Below, one piece after another: positions 1 to 13,316 of a stretch of DNA of 57,782 nucleotides. The notes below the pieces were generated by a model that saw only the letters and a list, made by a program, of their open reading frames with translations, had not been told where the DNA came from and did not search any database. The position numbers and the translations under genes are program-made. The stretch is from Nemertoderma westbladi (lineage: Eukaryota > Animalia > Xenacoelomorpha), in assembly GCA_032718475.1 (NCBI GenBank), contig JAUCBJ010006381.1:1-57782 (forward strand), written 5' to 3'. Position 1 is the first letter of the stretch. Each line of letters starts with the position of its first letter.

Positions 1-1000
1 GTTATTCCAGCCTCCCTGCAGGCGGACATCATTGGTCTTGCCCACGAAGGCCATATGGGACAAGACAAAACCATATCATTTATTCGTCAATCATGTTGGT
101 TCCCTGGAATGACAGCTGCTGTGGCAGACTACGTTAAAACGTGCACACCCTGTTTAGCATCCACTACGCACACCTTTCCAGAACCTCTGAAACCTAATCT
201 ATTGCCAGATCGTTCATGGCAGAAACTGCATGCAGATTTTAAAGGTCCCATAGGGTCTCAGTATTACCTCCATTTGATCATTGACCAGTATCCAAAGTAC
301 CCTGAGGTTGACATTGTCACATCTACCAGCTTCACAAAACTAGAACCATGCTTAGGTCGTGTGTTCGCCACTCATGGTATTCCCGACGAGTTGACTACAG
401 ATAATGGACCACCTTATGGTAGTGATGAATTTTTGAAGTACTCTAAACGAATGGGGTTTAAACATACTCCAGTAACACCCAGAGACCCCCAGTGCAATTG
501 GTTCGCTGAGAGTTTTGTCAAGGTACTGTGTAAGATAATACACACTGCTGTCTGTGAAGAAAAAAAAACCCGCAATGAGATCAATCGGTACAGTATCGTT
601 CTACACCACATTCGACTACAGGTCGATCTCCAGCTGAACTACTTTTTAACCGGAAACTGAAAACCAAACTGCTCAGTTTTGCTCCACTCTCTGAGTCTGC
701 TGATCTCAAAGAGATGCGTGCTGAACATGATGCCAAGAAGTTACAGCAAAAACTTCAATTCGACAAGCGCCACAGGGCAACACACAAAACTGTCAAGAGA
801 GATGATACGGTCCTTATTGAAGAAACAAAGACATCAATTAAACCTCCTTTTGATCCTAGACCTTACCATGTAACGCAGGTCAAGGGGAGTCAGTTGACAG
901 TGTAACGTGGTGAAAGTATTCTTAAACGCAGTAAAAACCACATCAAAGTTGTCCAGCGCCGCCCAGAACATTTAGAACCATCCTGGACCAAGACCAACCC
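1..1000 (+). pseudogene. Degenerate Ty3/Gypsy pol fragment: integrase zinc-binding region, catalytic core and C-terminus; 5' part lies outside the window
   Basis: ORF 55-660 has HEGHMG...CTPC, LHADFKGP, LTTDNGPPY and AESFVK (HHCC and D,D35E motifs). A frameshift follows near the A-run at ~560, and C-terminal remnants continue in 714-905 (PFDPRPYHVTQVKGS). Confidence 0.85.
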
Positions 1001-1326
1001 AATTGAGCCATGGGATTACAATAGCAACGATATAGAGTGTTCTACAACCAACATGCGAGTCCCTCAGACCGTCTCTAATAATCCCATAGAACCTCCTCAT
1101 CTATCAACATCTGTCTCAGATGCACCAGATGTGGCGAGCTCATCTAAGGTGACAAAGAACTATCCACTGCGCAGCCATGGTGCCCAACTGAGATGGAACC
1201 CGGAACTTAACTCTGGTTCGCCCATCGTTACCGAGTAAAATATGGAACTTAACTCTGGTTCACTCATACAGTATTACCGAATAAAATATATATCTAGAAC
1301 TATTTTATAAACTGATAGTGAAGTGG

Positions 1327-1486
1327 AAAGAAAATTATAGAAAGTAAACTATTTTAGAAAGAAAACTATTTTAGAAAGAAAACTATTTTAGAAAGAAAAT
1401 TATAGAAAGTAAACTATTTTAGAAAGAAAACTATTTTAGAAAGAAAACTATTTTAGAAAGAAAACTATAGAAAGAAAACTATTTTA
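1327..1486. repeat. Tandem repeat, ~17-bp unit AGAAAGAAAACTATTTT with variants
   Basis: About 9-10 degenerate copies visible downstream of the integrase fragment, possibly that element's 3' UTR. Confidence 0.85.
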
Positions 1487-3098
1487 GGATACATTAAATT
1501 TACTAAGTATACAACAAACTGAGATTAACTTTCAGTTTGAAACTGTAAAGGAAGTATGTACTACACTGACTACCGGGATGGTGTACTGAGATAGGGCTGA
1601 ATAAGCACGTCTATACTTGTGTATTATTGTACGCTATTTAGGCCTACATAAACCTCCGGCTGTATTATGAAAATATCTAACTTGTGATTACAAACTTGCT
1701 AACTCATTTGATTTACTTGTAGTGTGGTGTTTAAATTATTTACATTTACTATAAACCCTGCAGAACGAAGCGAGGTACAGAGTGGTAGACGAGTACCCGC
1801 ATGGACTGGTGGTACTTACTGAAAAATTAACATTTTTCCTATTACGATATATTAATTTATTATATTATTATGATCAATAATGCAAAATAATATTATACGT
1901 AAATTAACTAAATCACTGTAATAAATCATAGTTAGCACATCTTTCACCAAATTCGATATAAACTGTTATTAATTTCACCATCACCATAATTATATTATTA
2001 ATTGAAAAAACTTAAACAATTTATTGAAATATGTCTTATAAGGCAAGAGTGATATAAAGTACATTTTACTACTAATAACTATTGTGTACTACAGTGAATA
2101 AACTCCAAAGTTTAAAAGTGTTCTCTCATGCAATAAAATAAACATTTAATTATTTACTTAAAGTCTTATAATGAATCACTTTATATGATTACAATGAGAG
2201 ATGTACTAAAATCAGCGTGACAGTAACGATATTAATCAAATACGACAACAATAATCTTATTAAGTTGATCACGACTTGGAGTTCGAAAGTTTATTCGAAA
2301 ATTGATAATTCTTTTACGACGAAAATATATTTTAATCTAAAAATAAAAAAAATAAATAAACAGACAATGATTGCAATTATCCATTTATTTTGATTAGGTT
2401 TACACCGGGCCTCTACCTGCATGAACAATGTAATGAAACATAATTGATATGTAAATGCAATACGACGGTAGGCAGTTGAGGGTAAATTACTTCCACAATA
2501 ATTATCAAGAGAGTCATGGGAGATAGGGAGTTGTGGCGGCGCACTTTAGTTGTTAAAGCCGGAATAGCAATCTCAATGCAGCTGCAATGCAGCATGCCGA
2601 GTATAAATAGATCAATAGGTATTGGGTGGGTGGATTCATCACATGTTGTGGCACTAGGATGTAGGAGTTTATAATAATGGGACGCGTTAGTGTGACGCGC
2701 TTAATACTTGTCACAAATGTGGCAATAATGATATGGGAATTTACAATATGAAACTAAGTGGGGGCGGGATTTCTGTATCAACCGTCACCGAATTGAACGA
2801 TATTGTTATTGTTTATAAAATAAAAGGGATTTACAAATAATAATAATCAGCTAAATATAAATATATAAATAAATTAAAGTTGACAATTTATATAGCATCA
2901 TAATATTCATCACACAGGATCAGTTTGGCACATAAACCGCACATTGCACATAAATATAATACGGGTTTATCAACTATGTTAAATAACTACTGCGGTCCGA
3001 CAAACGGAACGAGTTTATCAGAGGAGAAAACCGTCACCGAGTTAGAAATATTATGTAAAAGGGATAATATTTATTAATTCATTTTACGAGTGACTTTA

Positions 3099-3304
3099 GG
3101 GTCAGAGTAAAACGCGGATCCGGATCCTACATTTAACATTGTCCCTACGGAAGTCGATTTTTTTTACATTTTTATAACTCCCTAACTATAACATGTTCTA
3201 TTGACTTCAGTTTATTGTTTTGGTTAAAATAACGTGCCACTGTAACCTGCTCCTTTCCCTTAATGGATAATTTTGGAATCCGGATCCGCGTTTAACACCT
3301 ACCC
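3099..3304. mobile_element. 206-bp non-autonomous DNA transposon (Mutator/MULE-type MITE)
   Basis: 9-bp TSD GTGACTTTA at 3090-3098 and 3305-3313. Imperfect ~28-bp TIRs GGGTCAGAGTAAAACGCGGATCCGGAT / ATCCGGATCCGCGTTTAACACCTACCC. Confidence 0.85.
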
Positions 3305-3682
3305 GTGACTTTAAAGTATCAAAGATTGACTTATTTATTATTTAAGAGATTTACGATTTTTGATTATTTAATTAAATTGAATTCAGACAACTTATGGAAA
3401 CATGTAATTAATAATTAGTTCGCAGGTTGTTCTCTTATCTTCGAAGTTTATAAAAGTCTTTGATACTTTAAGATCAATCCGAAAGAACTTGAGAGTTAGT
3501 ATAGTGTACATATTGTGCGTTCGATACGTTCATATTGATATTGTATGTCAGTAAATACTTGACTACTAAATAAATGTGATAAACTCTGACGGATAATATT
3601 AAGTACAAGACGTGACCCTTAGGTATTATTATTAAGTAAAGCAGTTGGTTGTATTTTATTGTCAGATACACTGCGATATGTT

Positions 3683-5026
3683 TCACTGCGTCTCACTACA
3701 GGCGTTGTACTGCCGCGAGCGATTTATAACTTCCTGCATTTGTTTGAATAAGCGTCGGTATTGAGGCTGTTGGTCTTTGAATCTGTTTAAACTCTCATGA
3801 CGCCGTCTACTTCCACTCTTTACTTCCGGAATTATTTTCCTAGTTTCGCAAATAATCTCACTCTCTGTAGGTTCGCTTTTTATTACTTCAGTTTCTTTAC
3901 TTATTTCCGTTTGGTTATTTATAACCGTGCTTTCGCTCTTTATTTCCCTGTATTCGCTATTTATTTCCCTGTATTCGCTATTTATTTCCCTGCCTTCGCT
4001 ATTTATCCCCCTACTCCCTATCTTACCGTCATTTAAACGCAACAAATTCTCGTATTTGTTCAACAGGAGTTGGTACTGTTGGTCTACCTCACCCAAAAGG
4101 GACTTAGACCTGCCTAAAGGCCTTCTCTCACTAACCGATGATGGTCTGTCACTAACCGAAGGTCTCTCACTGTTCTCAACCCCGTCTTCTACTACCTCCT
4201 CCGCCGCTAACACATGCAGTAGATCGTGCTCCGACACTGATTGCTCGGCAGACTTCGCGCAGCTCCGACACCGACCCTGTTTAATCTCCTCCACCAATCC
4301 TTCGATATGGTTCCCGAACGCTCTGAGTCCGTCGTTCTCCGTCTCCAACTTCCCCAACTGCTCCCGCAACCCCTCGGCTTCCTCAACTGCCGCCCCAACC
4401 TCCGCCCGCAGTTTATCCTGCCTCGTCTTGTCTTCCCGTCGCAACTCCCGAAGATGCCTCACCGAATTCCTCAACGAACTTAACTCATCGTTCTCTTCGT
4501 CTCGCACTCTCCCAATGTTCCACATGTCGTTGCCAACGCTCCCGGAATGGCGTCGCAGACTCAACGAGGTTTCCCGCACCAGCGAGGAATCCTCCCTTCG
4601 CAACGCCTTCACCGCGTCTAACTTAACGTTCATAGAATCGAGTTCATCCTCTAATTCCTTCCCTCTGTATTCGAGAAGTTCGATGGTCCCAGTGAGGCGT
4701 TTGATTTTACTACGGGCTCCCTTCAGTTCCTTGTTCAGCTGGTCCCAAGACACCTCCAACTGGATGTAACTCGCATCTAACTGCTCGTAAACACTGGCTT
4801 TATTGGCGATGTCGTCCCGGAGATCCTGCACCTGTTTTTCGAGAAGTCCAATAGTTTTCCTTTGCTGTTCAACGACCGCGTTGCTCTCAGTTAAACTGCC
4901 ATCCAGTTCGTTGTTTCTCTCGAGAAGCGTTTTACCTAACACCGCGGCCAATTGTAAGTCGTCGTATTGGTTATCGTACCAATATTCGCTAATCTCATCT
5001 TCTATCGAGCAACTTCTTCCTTCCAT
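3683..5026 (-). CDS. CDR2: Cerebellar degeneration-related protein 2-like (CDR2/CDR2L/centrocortin family) coiled-coil dynein adaptor, 447 aa, one uninterrupted ORF
   Basis: N-terminal WY...DLQLAAVLGKTLLERNNEL (CC1 box; cf. CDR2 DLQLAAELGKTLLDRNTEL), VYEQLD, internal SLLGEVDQQYQLL and C-terminal PQYRRLFKQM (cf. PEYKALFKEI). Confidence 0.85.
   Translation of the reverse strand: MEGRSCSIEDEISEYWYDNQYDDLQLAAVLGKTLLERNNELDGSLTESNAVVEQQRKTIGLLEKQVQDLRDDIANKASVYEQLDASYIQLEVSWDQLNKELKGARSKIKRLTGTIELLEYRGKELEDELDSMNVKLDAVKALRREDSSLVRETSLSLRRHSGSVGNDMWNIGRVRDEENDELSSLRNSVRHLRELRREDKTRQDKLRAEVGAAVEEAEGLREQLGKLETENDGLRAFGNHIEGLVEEIKQGRCRSCAKSAEQSVSEHDLLHVLAAEEVVEDGVENSERPSVSDRPSSVSERRPLGRSKSLLGEVDQQYQLLLNKYENLLRLNDGKIGSRGINSEGREINSEYREINSEYREIKSESTVINNQTEISKETEVIKSEPTESEIICETRKIIPEVKSGSRRRHESLNRFKDQQPQYRRLFKQMQEVINRSRQYNACSETQ
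3931..4010 (-). repeat. In-frame 21-bp tandem repeat (REINSEY-like, ~4 copies) in the CDR2-like ORF
   Basis: TTCGCTATTTATTTCCCTGTA repeated; protein reads GINSEGREINSEYREINSEYREIKSES. Confidence 0.8.
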
Positions 5027-5744
5027 ATCCCTTAAACTGTCATAGAAAACTGGAGCAAAAAAGTCTGTAAGGGGGAAGATAGTATTCCTCGCTATTGTTA
5101 AAGCAGTAATGGTACTGCGTTCCGGTTCTTGTCCATTTTGTTATTATGCCATTAAATGCCTGCACCGGTAAGGGTAACTGGTAAGCAAGCAGCAGCAGTT
5201 TAGTTAAGGCCTACAAAAATACAAAGGCTCTCACTGTCTCAATACTGCAATAAACAGTAAATAAACCTCTCAATAGACACTCAGTTTCCCCACTCATCTT
5301 CAAACTGCCAAAGGTGACACCAATCCACAAAAATAAAAACACAATAAGTACAAACTTTAGACCAATATCTCCCCCACAGATTATCTCAAAAGTCCTGAAA
5401 AGGTTATATTCGACAAAGTAATGAAATACAGTACATTACATCACCAACAAACATCCTTGACAATTTCCAATCTGGATCTAGACCTGGTTACTCCTTATAC
5501 AAATATGTGCGTTATTCCTTGATAAATTTATTAAAGATGTTATACAGTATATTGGAATGATTGCCATATTGACTTCGCAAGAATGCAAGATAGTTTTTTG
5601 AGGTGAAAGCAATTAAATGAGCTAAAATCGTATTCTGCTCTACCTCAATGTCAATATTATGTTTTATACTCGAGGGATTTATTATTATCAACACTCAGAC
5701 CATGGTAAAATAAACATTCATGCGATAAACATAATAAATTATGC

Positions 5745-7710
5745 ATGCACTAAATTATAAGTAATTATAAAAGGGGAGAAGACCGCCCAGGCTTTAACTG
5801 CACTTATGGGGGCCATACACTAAAAATCCAGAATGATGAAACTTATTAATATAAAGTAAGGTATGAACAATAATTAAAGAAAGCAAATACACTATAAATA
5901 AAGCAAGGAACATTGATTATATCTATTAACTAAATATTAAAGCGAATAAAAACTAATGAAACAGTAGTGAAGCAGAAACCGTACCAGTACTAAAAACCAA
6001 TTAATTACAATGACGAATTTGAATTAAAAATAAGTAAAAAATAATTAATTAAAAAATAGTTAAAAAGGATCACGCCAAGTTTCTATCAAATTTGCAAAAA
6101 TGCAGCAAATCAACATCGAGTAATTTACGTTAAAAAGAGAGTAAGCTCTCTGAATCTACTACTGTTGCGTCTAATGAATTCCATATTGGAATCGCGCGAT
6201 TGGCAAACGAAAATTTCGAAATTTGCAGTCTACTGTAGTTAACCAATAGCTTGTGGTTGTGTCCTCTCAATCCACTACGCACTGGATAAGAGAAAAAATC
6301 ATCAAAGGCTAAATCTATCAGACCGTGTAAAATAGAAAAAAACATTTTTTGATCATAAATAATACGGCGAATTTCTAATGGTTGCAGCTTAAAATGCTTC
6401 AATCGTTCGAAATAACTAGTCCTACCTAGTAAGATTGCACCGAAGATAAAGACGTCTCGTATAATAACGTTGCACACCTTCAATGAGATCGATACTACCC
6501 ATCGTGAACGGCGACCATACTTGAGTACAATACTGTAGTAAAGGCCTAACATATGCCTTGTAGGCTAAAAGCAATGCCTTTTCGTTGTTCGTATAGAAAC
6601 AACGAAAAATCATATTAGAGATTTTATAAGCCTTAGCTACTTGTTCACAACAATATTTATCGAACTTAAGGTTGTCGCACACAGTAATACCTAAATCTTT
6701 ACAATGAGAAACTGATTTAATCGGCTTATCATTGAGTGAATAAGTTAACAAAGGATTTGTAATACCAATGTGTATAACTGAGCACTTATGGGCAGCCACT
6801 CCTAACTGCCAACTGATAGCCCAGTTACCTAACGTGTTAAGCGATTGTGAAATAAGATTAGCATTACTGCAATTAGCGACAACAGGAGAATATAGTTTAA
6901 CGTCATCAGCGAATAGTTTAACTGTAACAGAGTCTAATAGCACCGGAAGGTCATTTATAAAAATCACAAACAGGACAGGTCCCAGAACACCACCTTGGGG
7001 AGTGCCTTAAGTAACCTTGCAAATTTCAGAAAAACAATTACCAACCACTATTCGTTGAGTTCTGTTAGCCAAAAATGCACCAATCCAACCTAGTAAATTG
7101 CCGCAGATACCATATGAAGACAGTTTTGCCAAAAGCTTAGAGTGCACCACCGAATCAAAAGCTTTAGCAAAATCAATGTATACAATATCAATATTCTTAG
7201 GATTATCAAGCAGTTGTGTCCAGTCGGTGATACACTCTAATAATTGCGTACAAGTAGATCTACGCTGTAGGAACCCATGCTGAGATTTTGATATCAATTT
7301 ATGTTCTAAAAGATACTTAGTTAACTCTACTTTAATGCACATTTCCATAAGTTTACAGGCTATACAAGTTAGTGATACAGGTCTATAATTATAAGGGTCC
7401 GAAGGATCGCCTTTCTTGTACAATGGAATAATTAAAGCAGTACGCCAAACAGATGGCAGAGCATTGGAAGCAAATGATATATTAAAAATAACTGATAAAG
7501 GCACAGCTAAAAATAATGCAAGTTTAGAAAATAAAATACTGGGCAGATCATCCGGAGTGCGGCTTGTCTTGCCTTTCAGTTTTCTCAGCATTGTTAAAAT
7601 AGTTGCAGGTTCAAAATTTATATCAGATAACTGGGCGCTAGAATGTACTTTTCTAGGAAATGGTGGGATAGACCCATTGTCCTCACTGAAGTTTTGCGAG
7701 AGTACCATTG
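5745..7710 (-). mobile_element. CR1/L2-type non-LTR retrotransposon, 3' half: RT domain, C-terminus and 3' UTR, degenerate (left boundary approximate)
   Basis: NYRPVSLT, QHGF, YIDFAKAFDSV, LFADDVKL, KDLGI, YVRPLLQY, GLRGHNHKL and SFANRAIPIWNSL across ORFs 7007-7762, 6422-6967 and 6130-6552, with frameshifts. AT-rich 3' UTR. Confidence 0.9.
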
Positions 7711-7992
7711 TGTTAGTTCCCAAGGTAAACGTGAAGATATAATAAAGATAAGTGATGATCATATATATCTATATACTGATATATTCCTATAAACCTGCAG
7801 TCCCATACTGATGATATGACGGCATAAAGTAAAGCAGGACAGACGAATACAATGTACTGCTGTACTGAATCTATCTATCTCTACCTCCAGCCGTACTGAC
7901 CTAGGTAGTAACCGGTATCTCCTTGGAATCCTCCTACCTATGTACATACAGTATATCAGTCCCGCATAACACCATCAATCATAACCCTAACA
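7711..7992 (-). repeat. Gypsy 3' LTR (282 bp)
   Basis: Direct repeat of 13979-14256, preceded on the - strand by PPT TGGGGGGAAAT. Confidence 0.97.
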
Positions 7993-8081
7993 ATTTCCCC
8001 CCACAAAATAATTCATATAAAACACACAATATGAATCTTTTAGTATTATGTTCAGGCTTATTATAGTCTCCTATTCCCATA

Positions 8082-11000
8082 TTAATATCCATAATAGTTT
8101 GGTTTCTTATGAGCCCGTCGTGGGTATCTCGCTGGATGTTCATTGGAGAGTTGTTCACCCTGGTTGTGTACCATAGGTGATGGTGGGTTGTTGCAGGGCG
8201 TTACAAAGCTCTCGACCCGTTCTTGTGTTGGTTCGAAGGTGCATTCCAGTGGAATCTGGGTAAGTGTCTTCTCAGAACGTCGTTGAATATGGACCGGAGT
8301 TGTTTCCGGAATATTTATTAACCTATGGTAATATGGTGGTAGGGGTTGCGAACTAGTTATCTCGGGGGGCGCTATACTGCGTGAAGTTCCTACAAATGGA
8401 CTATAACGGCGTCTCATTTGGTCAATGTGGCGACGGACAATGACACCGCACACTTTAACCGTGATAATTCTATTTCCGATGTATTGAACCACTTTACCAG
8501 GCAACCAACGCTCATAGTGCCCAGATAATCGTGAATAATTACGTATCCATACAGCTTCACCAATAACGTAAGGACTATTTTTTGGGTCCTTGATCTTTGC
8601 TGGGAAGTTGATCAGTCTATCTAATCGGGGCTTTGGCTTGTACGCTAACACTAACTCGGCGGGGGTTTTCCCATTTGATTTTATTGCATTATGGTCAAAC
8701 AACATGAATCTACTTATACGATCTGCCATAGATAATTTTTCATTATCATCTTCTTGTTTCTTTAATGACGATTTGAATGATTGCACTAGTCTCTCAGCTG
8801 CACCATTACAAGACGGTTTATATGGTGGTGAGGGCCATCGGTTAATGCCATTTGCAATGCAAAAAGCATCCAATTCTTCGGCTCGGAATTGGGGACCATT
8901 ATCTGCAACGATAATTTTAGGGATAGAGAAATCGGCGAAAAATTTCCGAAGTTCAGTGATGACTATAGCTGCTGTTGGTTTGTTGGGAACAATAACTCGA
9001 GACCATTTTGTCTTGGCACATTCTATTCCTAAGAAGATTGTCGATTCGTATTCTGCAAAGTCAAGATGTATTCTTTCAAAAGGTTCTATTGGTTCTGGCA
9101 TTGGACATGTTGTAACATGTACCTCTTTCGCACATCTCTGGCAACTTTCACAACTTTTCACATATAGTTCTATATCTTTTGAGATTCCCAACCACCAAAC
9201 TACATTACGAGCAGTTTCTTTCATTCGTCGTGCGCAAATATGTGGTCCATGGAGCTCTTGGAGAACTTTCTTCTGAAGTGATATTGGGATTATTGTTGCT
9301 GTTCCTCTGCATAAAATTCCATCATTACTGGATAGTTCAATCATTAAAGGTTTGTAATCATGAAGAGCTTTATCCTTTGCAATTCCGGAATTTGGACAAT
9401 TTAAATGCTGTAGTATTAATTTTAAAACGTTATCATTAGCAGTGGCTGCTTTTAAACCGTCTCGATTTAATGGTATCTCTCGAATGTTTTGCTCTTCTTG
9501 AATATCAAAGCATTTGATATCAATATCATCATCTACAATGTTACCTGGTTGCGAAATTCGAGTAAAACAATCGGATGGGTTCAATTGTGACTTTATGTAT
9601 GATATACTGAATTCATAGGATGACAACTCCATTGCCCAGTGCTGAAGCCGAGAAACTGCTAGAGCTGGCAATGCCTTTGAAGGTGATAATATATGTCGGA
9701 GAGGCTCGTTGTCGGTAATCAAATGGAATTTTCTACCTATTAAATAATTTCGGAATTTCCGAATTCCACTAATGATAGCAAGAGCCTCACGATCAAGTTG
9801 TGAATAGCGCTTCTGACATTGTGATAGGGAAGCAGACATGAATTCGATAGGGCATAGATTTCCTTCAGTATTCTTCTGTAACAATATTGCAGATATTGTC
9901 TGTTCTGAAGCATCTGTAATTAGATGTGTTTCCTTTCTTGTATCAAAAAAACAAAGCATTGTATATTTTGTGATGGCCCGTTTCAGGTCAGTAAAAGCCT
10001 TACTTTCAACTTTGGTCCACAAAAACTTATTTCCTTTCTCTAACATTTTGTAAAGGGGTTGAGCCATTTCTGCATAATTCGGGATGAACTTTCTCAAATA
10101 GTTGAAGAATCCTAAAGCTGACTGAAGCTCTTTGGTAGTTGAAGGTTCCTGCAATTTCACTACAGCTTCAATTTTGTCCTTATCAGGAGCAATTCCGTGT
10201 TTCGAAATGACATGACCGCAGAATTTGACTTCATCCTGTAAAAATGCACACTTTTCTCTCCGTAACGTTATGTTTCATTGTTGTAATTGTTTGAGAACTT
10301 TGCAAAGTCTCTCTAAATGATCCTGACGATTTGTACCTGTTATTATTATTTCATCCATGTAAGCAGCAACGGATTCTTTACAGTCGACTTCTTGAAGTAC
10401 CTCATCAACAACTTTTAAACACTTAGTGCTTGCGGTTTTTATCCCGTAAGGAACACGAGTTGGTATTAAGAGTCCAAGTGGAGTATTTAAAGTCGTAAGT
10501 AGTTGGGAATGCTGATCTAGAGGAAGCTGATGGTAGGCTTCTCTTAGGTCAATCACTGTAAACTCTTCTCCACCCTCCAGTTTTGCTGCAATTTCATCAA
10601 ATGTAGGTAAGGGAAATGGATCATCTATGATATGTGGATTTAATGTACTTTTATAATCCCCACAGACTCGTATTTTGTCATCTAAACCAGGTTTTTTTGC
10701 GACAACAAGTGGGGTAGCCCATTCAATGTTTTCATTTGGTAGTGGTTTACGAAGGCTGCCCTTGTCAATATCTGACTGTAATATCAACTCCACTTTCTCG
10801 CGAAATGCGTGGGGGACAGTTCTACACTTTAAAAACTTGGGCTGGGCATTCACTTTCAAACTAACATTAGCTGGCTTACCATTGTAGCATCCTAATCCAT
10901 CAAATACATTTCTATTATTTTCAAGAATAGTTTCTAAGGCACTCCTGGGTACTAAGGACTTCACTATGAACGGAGCAGTTTCTACTAGCTTATCCACTCC

Positions 11001-13316
11001 TTCCCCAAACGTATCCACCCAATGTTTTCCAAAAAGTGGTGTATTCACTTTTCCATTGATCACTAGTAATGGTAGATTATTAACTGTCTTGTTCAATTTG
11101 GGTATATGTACTGTGACATGGCAAAGACCTAGAACCTTTTTTGTACCATCACAGTAACCTCGTAGTGTTGCATCACTCTCTTCCAACTTAAATTCTGGTA
11201 TATACTTTTCTGGGTGCTGGTCACCTCGCCGCACTGCCACTTCGCCGCAAGTCATCTCGCCGCAGATAATGTGCGGCGAAGTGTCTTGCGGCGAGGTGTC
11301 TCACTGTGAATGCCATTTCGCCGCAAATTATCGGACACCTCGCCGCAAGTCAATATTAATCATTTATTTATATATTTACAGGGAAGCCTAGTTATGGCAT
11401 TGGACATTATTATAGGGCCTAAGAAGAAATAAAATAATACGGTAAGGTTTGTTGTTCTAATATAATTACTGTATTATTATAGATATACAGTGAGAGTATT
11501 CGGTACTACTATGTTATGGGTACCCACTTTTTAATTGAAAAAAAATTTACAATTTTAATTTAATTTAAAAAATTTATGTTCTAGAACATAAAGCCATCTT
11601 GATAATATCCATTAACATGGTCCAAAATATTATTTTGTAATTTTCTCTCTCAGAAGGTGAAATTGAACAAAAAATCAGAAATTAAAAATCAAAAATTAGG
11701 TACCGGTACCAAAAATTTGATTTTGTAATTTTAAACATGTCCCATAGTTCATAACTGTTGCGTTGACTGCAGTACAGTATATTGCACTAGTTCAAATAAA
11801 ACATTTTGTTGTGAAATTTATCTATCTATTAACTATTTATAAACATGTATACATGCGTGTTTATTTAGAAGTTTTAGTAATATCGTCTATCTATCTAATT
11901 TATCTATCTAATACAGTAACTATTTACATCATTGTGTAAAAGTAGCACTTTGCAACGTTACGACCCGATTTTATTTATGTACCGAGCGAGCGCAGCGAGG
12001 GAGGTATTATTGTATTTCTTCTCATAATGATGTCCAATGCCATAACTAGGCTTAGTAGGCTTCCCTGTAAATATAGAAATAAATGATTAATATCTGAATA
12101 TTGACTTGCGGCGAGGTGTCCGATAATTTGCGGCGAAATGGCATTCACAGTGAGACACCTCGCCGCAAAGACACCTCGCCGCACATTATCTGCGGCGAGG
12201 TGACCTGCGGCGAAGTGGCAGTGCGGCGAGGTGACCAGCACCCTACTTTTCTAATGTTGAATATGTAATGGCCGAATGACGTGCACCTGTGTCAAGCTCA
12301 AAAATTATTGGCTTTGAGTTATTTACAGTTATGATTGTAGTCATTGGATCTACCTTATTAAGTTGATTGGTTTCAATTTCTGCTTTTACAGTAAAACTTT
12401 TCATTTGTTCAAACATATCTTCTTCATCTGTACTTTCGCCTGTATCTGTAACATCAACTGCATGGGCTTTACTAAATGATTTACAAGTTTTATTAGAACT
12501 TGTATTTAACTGTCTATCAGGTCGTTGCTGTTTAAAACTGCCTGAATTTGTGTATGTGGCCCTTTTCTTCAAACACGCAACTTCTAAATGGCCCGCATTT
12601 CCACAAAAGTGACATGTTATACTTGCTGACACATTGCATCTGTTAGATTTATGCCCTTTTTTATTACAAAGTAAGCATTGAATGTGTGGAAAACTACAAC
12701 TTTTATAATTATGCGGCTCAGAAGCCCCATAGTTTGGGTTTAGTTTAGACATTTGTACCGTTAACCCGTCTATATCTCGTTTTGCAAAATTGCATGCCTC
12801 TTCATAATTTCGTGCAACTTGAATCGCGGTAGCAAAATCTGTAGGTTTTGACCGCATCAATTCTGTAGCTATAGATTCATTCGCTATGCCTGCAAGCAAT
12901 TGTTCTTTCAGCCTGCTGTCCAGGCTTGTTCCAAATTCACAGTAGCGTGACCCAGAGCGTAGACGTTTAACAAAATCAGTTACAGATTCTGCAGGCAATT
13001 GCTGCAATCTAATAAATTTGCGTACTTCAGCCTCTTTGTTTATGGATGATTGAAAATAATCATTGAGAGCATCTATAATGACTGTAAATGTAGCATCATT
13101 GACGTCTACTTGGTAAATAATATCTATTATTATTTCAAGGAGGTCAGTTCCACAATTTGAAATTAAAATTTTCCTTTTTTCTTCTTCGGGGTTACTGTTA
13201 TCTGGTATTCTAACAGAATTTATAATTGTCAAAATCATGGTTTTATAGACACTCCATTTGTCTGTTTGTTTGAAAGGTTTAAACAGCCTTGTATATACAG
13301 GGGCTGCCGCTGCCAT
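8082..13316 (-). pseudogene. Gypsy gag-pol polyprotein, disrupted by the MULE insertion and one in-frame TGA (10275-10277)
   Basis: Gag CCHC knuckles (CLLCNKKGH, CHFCGNAGH), protease FELDTGA, RT IDLREAYHQ / YMDE, RNase H TDAS / REALAI, integrase HLDF / DNGPQF / AERLV. Frame is continuous once the insertion is removed (YSTLEK|YIPEF). Confidence 0.93.
11212..12243. mobile_element. 1032-bp non-autonomous Mutator/foldback-type DNA transposon with ~200-bp TIRs
   Basis: 9-bp TSD TACTTTTCT (11203-11211, 12244-12252). TIRs GGGTGCTGGTCACCTCGCCGCA.../...TGCGGCGAGGTGACCAGCACCC contain many CCTCGCCGCA subrepeats. AT-rich core without an ORF. Confidence 0.95.

Noticed and set aside
3927-4769. 280-aa ORF antisense to the CDR2-like gene
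   Set aside because: Ser/Leu-rich shadow of a Glu/Arg-rich coiled-coil ORF with no motifs.
8590-9276. 228-aa ORF antisense to the Gypsy integrase (likewise 24147-24791)
   Set aside because: Antisense shadows of pol with no independent motifs.
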